Shown here piece by piece: positions 57,253-64,000 of a stretch of 64,000 bases of DNA; the first letter of the stretch is position 1, and each line of letters starts with the position of its first letter. The notes under the pieces were generated by a model. It saw only the letters and a list, made by a program, of their open reading frames with translations. It had not been told where the DNA came from and searched no databases. The translations under genes were made by a program, and so were the position numbers. The DNA comes from an uncultured Lachnospiraceae bacterium (GTDB lineage: Bacteria > Bacillota > Clostridia > Christensenellales > UBA1242). The stretch covers positions 24,606 through 88,605 of the forward strand of contig CAYOOB010000003.1 of the NCBI GenBank assembly GCA_964405555.1, given 5' to 3'.

Positions 57253-57298
57253 TGGTGTGAGTAAGAGGATTTGAACCTCCGACCTGTCGCTTAGGAGG
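57253..57298 (-). other. orphan 3' half of a different tRNA-Arg(CCT), inverted relative to the resident tRNA (fossil att site)
   Basis: The minus strand reads cCTCCTAAgcgac-aggtc-ggagg-ttcaaat-cctct-tactcac-a-cca. That is an anticodon loop, 3' anticodon stem, variable loop, complete T-arm, 3' acceptor and CCA. No complementary 5' half follows. Confidence 0.7.
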
Positions 57299-57388
57299 TA
57301 AATGTAATATCCTTAAAAACTTTGTTAAAACACTTGCAAAAGATTTTTATTTAAGTTAAAACACAAGACAACTTGAAAGGAGTTAGAT

Positions 57389-57754
57389 ATGAAAGCAAAG
57401 TTCCTGTGCGATATTTCTAATGCTCGATTGCTTAGGAATAAATTAGATAAAGACGAAGGTTTAGAATGTGAATATGTGATTGAACGAGTTGTGTATTTAT
57501 CCAAGCGAGACTTTATTCCTTTTCGTGAGCATCTTATGGAAGAAACACCGTTTGTGTCTTGTCACAAGGAAGATATGTTTATCGATAAGCAAGGCATTTG
57601 GCATGTTTTGATGTTCTGCTGTTTGCAGTCGGATATAATCTTGCTTGTAAACAGTGACAGCAAAGATTATGCCAAATATTGTAGCATTATTTCAAATGGA
57701 GGTGAGGAAGTTGAACCACGTTTTACAACTAGTCAGAGATATACTAGAAAATGA
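57389..57754 (+). CDS. hypothetical 121-aa protein (island right end)
   Basis: AAAGGAG RBS and coding-like composition. Confidence 0.45.
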   Translation: MKAKFLCDISNARLLRNKLDKDEGLECEYVIERVVYLSKRDFIPFREHLMEETPFVSCHKEDMFIDKQGIWHVLMFCCLQSDIILLVNSDSKDYAKYCSIISNGGEEVEPRFTTSQRYTRK

Positions 57755-57950
57755 AAAAAGAACTGCCGAGGAGCAGTTGCAACTAAATAAAATCTGTGAA
57801 CTTGAAGACAAGTTCATTAAAGGCTTTTCAAAAGAAAAGTGGAAGGAATATTTTGATTTAGACTTAGAAAAAGGTCAACTCCATAGCCTTGACCTTGATA
57901 AGGTTATTGAAATTACCTATAACATTTGCAAAGAGATTTTTAAATCGTAG
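57696..57950 (+). CDS. hypothetical small protein (start uncertain: ATG 57696 or TTG 57711)
   Basis: GGAGGTGAGG precedes the TTG at 57711. It overlaps the preceding ORF. Confidence 0.3.
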   Translation: MEVRKLNHVLQLVRDILENEKRTAEEQLQLNKICELEDKFIKGFSKEKWKEYFDLDLEKGQLHSLDLDKVIEITYNICKEIFKS

Positions 57951-57966
57951 AGGTTTGGTATGTGGG

Positions 57967-58131
57967 ATGCTGTTAATGTTGTCAGAAATCATTTCTGTCG
58001 TTTCTACACTATCAATGGAACAATATCGGCTGTATCTAAAAGCCTGGTATGAAATATGCGAATTTAGAAAAATTGAAGTTGATGAGTATATAAAAGTTGC
58101 AAATAAGTTATTTGTTGATATGTTTAAGTAA
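57967..58131 (+). CDS. hypothetical small protein (54 aa)
   Basis: Internal ATG of track ORF 57889-58131. No clear RBS. Confidence 0.25.
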   Translation: MLLMLSEIISVVSTLSMEQYRLYLKAWYEICEFRKIEVDEYIKVANKLFVDMFK

Positions 58132-58324
58132 GAACCTTCAAATTGTACCCAAACGGCAAAACTGCTCAAAAAGTCACCATTTCTGTACCGTGGAGTTGAA
58201 AGGATTTGCGTTTATGGTATAAAAGTTAGAAAAGTTGGTTGGAGTTTTGTAAATTGCGTGATATAATGTTTGTGAGAATTGCAAAAGTGAGCAATAGAAA
58301 AGTTAATTTAACTATATTTTATTG

Positions 58325-58369
58325 CTCCTAAGGGGTTGTTCTGGGTTCGAGTCCCGGCGGGGTCACCAA
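58325..58369 (+). repeat. attR: displaced 3' part of tRNA-Arg(CCT), 45/45 identical to 40949-40993
   Basis: The preceding sequence (..tatattttattg) cannot form the tRNA 5' half. Confidence 0.9.
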
Positions 58370-58652
58370 AAAACTTATCAAAAAGAATGGTGCGTTTTTT
58401 TAATTATTGTATTATGAGTTTTTGGGACTCGTGCAAAATTAAAAATTTTGCGTTTGCCTACAGCAAAAAAAACAGAACAAGTTGTGGCTTAAAGCAAGGT
58501 GAGGGGGAGCTCGTCTTTTACTTGATGGCGAGTATGAGTGGTTATTTAAAGATTTGATAAAAATAAAAATATTTGTAATGTTTTATAATATTTGATAAAA
58601 AATTGTTGACAGAACAACAATTTTAGAATATAATTAGTGTGTGAGGTTTAAA

Positions 58653-59105
58653 ATGGAAAATCGTTATGACAAATTTACATCTTTAATTACAAACATCAAT
58701 CGCAACATACAGAAAATTAAAAATGTTGAAATGGAAAGGTTGGGGTTGAAAGGTAAACAAGTTCAAGTTATGTTTAATCTTTTCAATCTAAAAGAAGGGG
58801 CAAGTTCAACAGAGTTATGTTCTTTGTGCGGAGAGGATAAAGGAGCAATTTCACGCACCATAAAAGAATTGGAAGAAGGTGGTTATGTTTTTGTTGACGA
58901 ATCGCCTTTAAAGAAATATAAAAATCCAATCAAACTTACAAAAAAAGGTGTTGAAATTGGAGAGATTGTTTCAGAGAAGATTGATAAATATTTTAATCTT
59001 GGAAGAAAGGGTGTTAATGAAAAAGACATCGATAAATTTTACGCAATGCTTACAATGATTTCAAATAATTTAGATGAAATTTGTGAAAATTATGATAAAG
59101 ACTAA
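58653..59105 (+). CDS. MarR-family transcriptional regulator
   Basis: LGLKGKQVQVMFNLFNLKEGASSTELCSLCGEDKGAISRTIKELEEGGYVFVDE is a wHTH MarR pattern. 150 aa. Confidence 0.75.
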   Translation: MENRYDKFTSLITNINRNIQKIKNVEMERLGLKGKQVQVMFNLFNLKEGASSTELCSLCGEDKGAISRTIKELEEGGYVFVDESPLKKYKNPIKLTKKGVEIGEIVSEKIDKYFNLGRKGVNEKDIDKFYAMLTMISNNLDEICENYDKD

Positions 59106-59390
59106 GTAAGATTAAACCAAAATAAACAAATTTAAAATATAAAACCTATAAAATTGGAATTAATAAATTTTGTAATAAATATTAATAAAAACCTCACTCA
59201 ATAAAAAACAAAATAAAAACAGAATAAAAAAAACTAAAAAATAATAAAAAAGACTGTAAAAATTGTTAAAAAACAATAAAAAAGTAAAAAAAATAAAGAA
59301 AATACAAAAAAATTAAAATATTAAAATAAGTGTAAAGAAAATTTAGAATAGAAATAGAAACAAATAAAACAAATTAAGTGAGGTGATTTT

Positions 59391-60239
59391 ATGATTAAAA
59401 TTGTTGTTGATTCAGCATCAGACATTGATCAAAAGGAAGCAGATTCGCTTGGAATTACATTAATTCCTATGCAGATAACTTTTGGCGAGGAAGAATTTTT
59501 GGACGGAGTTAATCTTTCACATAAAGAATTTTTTGAAAAACTTGTTGAAAGTTCCGACCTTCCAAAAACTAGTCAAATTAATGAGTTTCGTTTTGAAGAA
59601 TGTTTTGAAAGCTTAACGCAAAACGGCGATGAGGTTATTGCAATCTTACTCTCGTCCAAACTTTCTGGAACATACGATTGTGCAAAGAAAGCATCCAAAA
59701 GATTTGGAGATAAGGTTTTTGTTGTGGATAGTCTTAATGCGTGCATTGGCGAACGTATATTGGTTCAATACGCACTTAAATTGATTGAAGAGAGAAAACT
59801 ATCTGCGAAAGAAATTGTTAATGAACTTAATGAGAAGAAGAACAAAATTCAACTGCTTGCACTGCTAGACACATTAAAATATCTCAAAAAAGGTGGCAGA
59901 ATATCTTCTGTTGTTGCAATCACAGGAGAGGTATTCTCAATCAAACCAGTGGTTTCAATTGTTGGCGGTGTGGTGAAAATGGTTGGTAAAGCAATAGGTT
60001 CAAAAAAAGGAAATAATCTCTTGATGCAGTTGGTGGAAAAGTGTGGAGGAATTGATTTTGAAAAACCTTATGCTGTGGCATACTCTGGTCTTTCGGATTC
60101 GATACTTAATAAGTATTTACAAGACAGCGAACATCTTTGGAAAGGTAAAGCTGAAAAGGTGCCAACATATATGATTGGAAGTACAATCGGCACGCACGCT
60201 GGTCCGGGTGCTATTGCAGTTGCATTCTTTGGTGTTTGA
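59391..60239 (+). CDS. DegV family fatty-acid-binding protein
   Basis: MIKIVVDSASDI..LGITLIPMQITFGEEEFLDGVNLSHKEFFEKL..TSQ is the DegV N-terminal pattern. 282 aa. Confidence 0.85.
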   Translation: MIKIVVDSASDIDQKEADSLGITLIPMQITFGEEEFLDGVNLSHKEFFEKLVESSDLPKTSQINEFRFEECFESLTQNGDEVIAILLSSKLSGTYDCAKKASKRFGDKVFVVDSLNACIGERILVQYALKLIEERKLSAKEIVNELNEKKNKIQLLALLDTLKYLKKGGRISSVVAITGEVFSIKPVVSIVGGVVKMVGKAIGSKKGNNLLMQLVEKCGGIDFEKPYAVAYSGLSDSILNKYLQDSEHLWKGKAEKVPTYMIGSTIGTHAGPGAIAVAFFGV

Positions 60240-60564
60240 TTTTAACAAAACAAAAGATAAGATGGTATGGATAAGTAATAAGATGTAAAGTCTATGAAAT
60301 ATGCAGAATTTAGGCATAATGGGTAAAACTCGAACAGTAAATTGCAAGTGTATAATTTAATTAAATAAAGTGTATAATTTAATCAAACAATGAGTTAATA
60401 ATAAATTAACGACAAACTTCAACAAAATAATAAACTTCAACTAAATAAAAATAAAAAACTAAAAAATAATTCTGTAATTTAGTTGACAAGGTTCCCTCTA
60501 TATAGTGTAAAATGTTAGTAACAAAGCTATAAGTTTTGGAATAATTAAATTGGTGGAGGGTGAT

Positions 60565-61314
60565 ATGAAAAATTTATTAAAAGCAGTGCCTTTGGGGCTT
60601 GCTATGGTTGGAATTGTCACTTTTGCAGGTTGTGGAAATACAAGTTTATCTAAAGTTGACTTCACAAATGCGGAAGAAATAACAATTGAGGATTTTCAGG
60701 AATATATAAATTCTGATGATGTAAGTTTTGTGATGGATGGCTATAAACTCACAATGTCGTATAATGGAACTGAATATGGTGATGTTTACTACAAGACAAC
60801 TGATGCAGACACAGGCGAATATGAGTTCAAAGCGGAATTAACTTATCCTGCTGAGTTGATAGGTTCAGATGAAGATGAAGATTTTAAAATATATGTGACA
60901 GACGGATATCTTTATATGTCTGCGTTTGGTCAGGATGTTTATACTTCTTTAGATTCAGAATATGTATCGTCATTGTTATCAGAGTTTTCAGAATTGTTGG
61001 AATACAATGATGGTAGTTATTTATTTGAACTATATGTAGAAGATAGAGAAGAGGTTGAAATTCTTAAACTTGAAAGCGGAAATAAAACAATGTTCCAAAT
61101 CTCAATAGAGAACACGACTTCTGATTATTATACTGAAAGTGTAGTTATAAGATATTCTTTTAAGAAAGGTAGTTTAACCGGCATTTATATGCAGATAACT
61201 AACACTTATACTGACGGTTCTTATCTTACAGAAGAATATGAAATAGAATCATATTCAAAAACAATCAAATTTCCAAGCTTGAAAAATTATGTTGACTTGG
61301 AAACACTAGTTTAA
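60565..61314 (+). CDS. lipoprotein, function unknown
   Basis: Signal peptide with lipobox MKNLLKAVPLGLAMVGIVTFAGC. GGTGGAGGG RBS. Confidence 0.65.
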   Translation: MKNLLKAVPLGLAMVGIVTFAGCGNTSLSKVDFTNAEEITIEDFQEYINSDDVSFVMDGYKLTMSYNGTEYGDVYYKTTDADTGEYEFKAELTYPAELIGSDEDEDFKIYVTDGYLYMSAFGQDVYTSLDSEYVSSLLSEFSELLEYNDGSYLFELYVEDREEVEILKLESGNKTMFQISIENTTSDYYTESVVIRYSFKKGSLTGIYMQITNTYTDGSYLTEEYEIESYSKTIKFPSLKNYVDLETLV

Positions 61315-61500
61315 TTGTTTAATGTGAGTATACTAAAAACAGACTTAACTATGTCTGTTTTTATTTTATTATTACGTTTTATTATTAAGTTGTTACTTAA
61401 ATCTTTGAATTTAAAGTTTATTTTAATGTTCGACGGTGTTTATATGTGGTGTTTATACTTTGTATTTTATAAAAAAATTTGGAAACTTTTGCGTAAATGC

Positions 61501-61529
61501 TTGACATTAATGCGAATTTTGTTTAAAAT
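61501..61529 (+). promoter_or_regulatory. sigma-A type promoter of the rplM-rpsI operon
   Basis: TTGACA (61501-61506), a 17-nt spacer, then TAAAAT (61524-61529). The ~85-nt leader to the rplM ATG may correspond to the Firmicute L13 leader. Confidence 0.6.
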
Positions 61530-61620
61530 GTAATAGTCTTTGATTGAGAAGGCGATTTTTATTGTTAGCCCCATAAAAGTCAACTTCAAAACAAACAAAT
61601 AAATTTAATGGGAGATTATA

Positions 61621-62064
61621 ATGAAAACATACATGGCAAATCCAGTCAGTGTGGAAAGAAAATGGTATCTTGTTGACGCAACAGGTATGTCTTTGGGACG
61701 TCTTGCAAGTCAAGTTGCCGATATTTTGACTGGTAAAAATAAAACTATATACACTCCTCATGTTGACACGGGGGACTTTGTTGTTGTCATCAATTCAGAC
61801 AAAGTTGTTTTGACTGGAAAGAAACTTCAACAGAAAAAATATCGCTGGCACACAGGTTATGTTGGCGGTCTTAAAGAAATGGACTATGCAACATTTATGA
61901 AGAAGAGTTCCGACAAAGTGGTTGAAAAGGCAGTTAAGGGTATGCTTCCAAAAACAAGTTTAGGAAGAAAGCAAATCACAAGATTGCACGTTTATAAGGA
62001 TGCAGAGCACAAACAACAGGCTCAAAATCCAGAACCAATAACTTTAAAAGGAGCGGTTGAATAA
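61621..62064 (+). CDS. rplM: 50S ribosomal protein L13
   Basis: [41 protein letters not shown] is canonical L13. Confidence 0.97.
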   Translation: MKTYMANPVSVERKWYLVDATGMSLGRLASQVADILTGKNKTIYTPHVDTGDFVVVINSDKVVLTGKKLQQKKYRWHTGYVGGLKEMDYATFMKKSSDKVVEKAVKGMLPKTSLGRKQITRLHVYKDAEHKQQAQNPEPITLKGAVE

Positions 62065-62474
62065 TGGCAGAGAAGAAACAAAATAAAACTGGTTGCTTCG
62101 TTGCAACAGGAAGAAGAAAAAAGTCTATTGCAAGAGTGCGTTTAGTTGCAGGTAATGGCAAGTTTGAAGTTAATGGCAGAAACATTGATGATTATCTTCA
62201 ACGTGACACTTTGATTTTGATTGCAAAACAACCTCTCACACTCACTAACATGACAGATAAATTTGATGTTTTTGTTAATGTTGAAGGTGGTGGAATTTCT
62301 GGTCAGGCTGGTGCAATCAGTCACGGTATTGCAAGAGCACTTGTTAAAACTAATGAAACATTAAAGAAAGAACTCAAAGATGCTGGACTTCTCACTCGTG
62401 ACCCAAGAATGAAAGAACGTAAAAAATATGGACTTAAAAAAGCAAGAAAAGCATCACAATTCTCAAAGAGATAA
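62064..62474 (+). CDS. rpsI: 30S ribosomal protein S9
   Basis: [17 protein letters not shown]...[19 protein letters not shown]...[26 protein letters not shown] is canonical S9. Confidence 0.97.
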   Translation: MAEKKQNKTGCFVATGRRKKSIARVRLVAGNGKFEVNGRNIDDYLQRDTLILIAKQPLTLTNMTDKFDVFVNVEGGGISGQAGAISHGIARALVKTNETLKKELKDAGLLTRDPRMKERKKYGLKKARKASQFSKR

Positions 62475-62477
62475 TCT

Positions 62478-62501
62478 GGGTGGCAGTTGCCACTCTTTTT
62501 T
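62478..62501 (+). terminator. terminator after rpsI
   Basis: gggtgg (62478-62483) / ccactc (62490-62495), followed by T6. Confidence 0.6.
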
Positions 62502-62903
62502 ATTGTGTTATTTTAATCTTATTATAAACTTTTAACTTATTATTTTTCAGCTGAACAAATATGGAATAATTTCACTTATGAAATATGGATAATTTTTCAT
62601 GTTTTAATTGCTTCGTTTTTTATTATATATCACAATCATGTTTAGATGTTGAAAATTATAGTTTTAGTTTTCTAATTTTTACTTGTGTGTAAACTTTATT
62701 AATTAGTGTCAACATATTATTAATTGTATAAATATATTATTAAATTGGTTAAACTGAAAGGTTAAAAATAAATTGTTAAATTAGTTGAAATTTTCTCATT
62801 ATTTAACTAAAATATATAATAGCAAATGATTTAGAGAAAGAAGTGTTTAAAATAAAAACATTTGCAAAAACTTTATGAATTTATTGTGAAAGGAGATTTT
62901 TTT

Positions 62904-63527
62904 ATGAAAGATTTAATAAAAATTAATTGTCATAGTTCGATTTGTATTGACGATAAATATTATTTCGATCCTTTTAATATAACCGAAGATAAGCACAATG
63001 CTGAAATTATTTTTATCACTCACTCTCATTTTGATCATTTAGATTTGAGTTCAATTAGGAAAATTATTAAATCCGACACTGTTATTGTTTGTACAAAAGA
63101 TAGTGAAGAAATTTTGAAAAAAGAGATTAGTAACAAAATCATTGTTGTTAAGCCAAACGAAGAGGGGATGGTTAAAAATATTCAATTTAAAACCTTTCCT
63201 GCATATAACATTGGACATCATCATTTTAAAGAACTTGGTTATGTTGGTTACACTGTCAAAATTTATGACTTAAACTATACTGTTTGTGGAGATACTGACG
63301 CAACAGAAGAGTTGAAGAGGGTGAAAACGGATGTTTTACTTGTTCCTATTGGAGGAACTTACACAATGAATCCTCGGGAGGCGGGTGAACTTGTTAATAT
63401 CATAAAACCAAAACTTGCCATACCAATGCACTATGCATACATTTCAGGAACATTGGGCAAAGAAGCAGAAATAGATTTTAAGAAAGTTGTTGATAAAAAT
63501 ATTGATATTAAAATCTTGATTAAATAA
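62904..63527 (+). CDS. MBL-fold metallo-hydrolase
   Basis: IFITHSHFDHLD (HxHxDH) and a later ..CGDTD.. motif. AAAGGAG RBS before the ATG at 62904. Confidence 0.8.
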   Translation: MKDLIKINCHSSICIDDKYYFDPFNITEDKHNAEIIFITHSHFDHLDLSSIRKIIKSDTVIVCTKDSEEILKKEISNKIIVVKPNEEGMVKNIQFKTFPAYNIGHHHFKELGYVGYTVKIYDLNYTVCGDTDATEELKRVKTDVLLVPIGGTYTMNPREAGELVNIIKPKLAIPMHYAYISGTLGKEAEIDFKKVVDKNIDIKILIK

Positions 63528-63745
63528 AAGCATTATATTGAAATTTTGATTAATAAGGGAATTGATTTTGAATAAATTAAGATTGAGATATTGATTAAAT
63601 AAAAGTATTGACATTAGAATTTTGATTAAATAAAAGTTATTAGAATTTTGAGCAAATAAAAGTTATTAGAATTTTGAGCAAATAAAAGTTATTAGAATTT
63701 TAAGCAAATAAAAGTATTGAGATTGAACTTTTGATTAAATAAAAA
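63516..63745. repeat. degenerate 26-31-bp tandem array seeded from the last 15 nt (including the stop codon) of the MBL gene
   Basis: ttgattaaataaaag occurs at 63516, 63591 and 63622 (the copy at 63731 is a variant, ttgattaaataaaaa). Three consecutive 26-bp units ttattagaattttgagcaaataaaag start at 63637, 63663 and 63689. Confidence 0.9.
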
Positions 63746-63775
63746 CCATAGACAAATACTATGGTTTTATTTTGA
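63741..63775. terminator. bidirectional terminator between the MBL gene (+) and the right-edge gene (-)
   Basis: aaccatag (63744-63751) / ctatggtt (63759-63766), flanked by A5 and a T-run. Confidence 0.65.
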
Positions 63776-63787
63776 ATCTATCATTTA

Positions 63788-64000
63788 TTATACCGTTGGT
63801 ATGTCGTTGATTGCTGTTGCGGTTGGATAGATTGGTAAGTCTTGTAAACCTGGGCAGGCGGTTTGAGTTGGTGCTTGACGGCATGGTGGAAGGGTTGGAT
63901 AGCCGTAAGATGGCACAAGCACATCCACAACACTGATTACTTTCACAATAACTTGAACGCATCCTGTCACTGTGAACACATTTGGGGTGGTGAATGTTCC
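63788..64000 (-). CDS. 3' end of a gene entering from the right edge; Pro/Thr/Cys-containing C-terminus, product unknown
   Basis: The frame is open from position 64000 to the stop at 63788 (..VFTVTGCVQVIVKVISVVDVLVPSYGYPTLPPCRQAPTQTACPGLQDLPIYPTATAINDIPTV). A terminator follows. Local GC is clearly higher than in the flanking sequence. Confidence 0.4.
   Translation of the reverse strand, partial: GTFTTPNVFTVTGCVQVIVKVISVVDVLVPSYGYPTLPPCRQAPTQTACPGLQDLPIYPTATAINDIPTV

Larger units (their letters stand above)
40949..58369 (+). mobile_element. composite integrated element / genomic (defence) island in tRNA-Arg(CCT)
   Basis: Bounded by exact 45-bp direct repeats, of which only the left copy belongs to a complete tRNA. 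Contains xis-int, an integrase remnant, R-M genes and other accessory genes. Core-type genes lie on both flanks. Confidence 0.85.

Noticed and set aside
63759-63962. 67-aa minus-strand ORF MRSSYCESNQCCGC...
   Set aside because: It overlaps the alternative frame 63788-64000, which stays open to the window edge. Its stop codon falls inside the terminator hairpin, so I preferred the other frame.

Overview
AT-rich chromosome segment of a spore-forming Firmicute (Clostridia-like). Sporulation genes present: spoIIR, sleB-ypeB, spoVG, spoIIGA-sigE-sigG, ylmC/ymxH, spoIVA. Core genes present: murC, a murF-like ligase, rpmB, asp23-yloV, ftsA-like/ftsZ, nrdR, feoAB, der-plsY, mscS, marR, degV, rplM-rpsI. 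Two accessory regions interrupt this backbone. (1) 32.0-35.2 kb holds two orphan Rhs/YD-repeat C-terminal toxin cassettes. Each has an overlapping 2-TM immunity-like gene, and no full-length rhs gene lies upstream. An XRE regulator follows them. (2) 40.9-58.4 kb is a 17.4-kb composite integrated element in tRNA-Arg(CCT), bounded by an exact 45-bp direct repeat. It contains an integrase remnant next to the tRNA and a 1153-aa DinG/XPD-like SF2 helicase fused to a PD-(D/E)xK-like nuclease. It also contains two C5-cytosine methyltransferases (one M.HhaI-like), a putative type II endonuclease and xis-int. A 1581-aa P-loop STAND-like NTPase fills the interval between int and a fossil, inverted, heterologous tRNA-Arg half-site. 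The giant NTPase and the helicase-nuclease/MTase block are my best candidates for an undescribed defence system. Genome-style oddities include intergenic minisatellites, a 124-nt tract with no G or C, spacers that are A-rich on the sense strand, and low-complexity extensions in housekeeping proteins. I recognised no rRNA, CRISPR array or IS transposase. All product calls rest on motif recognition by eye and memory, not on database searches.
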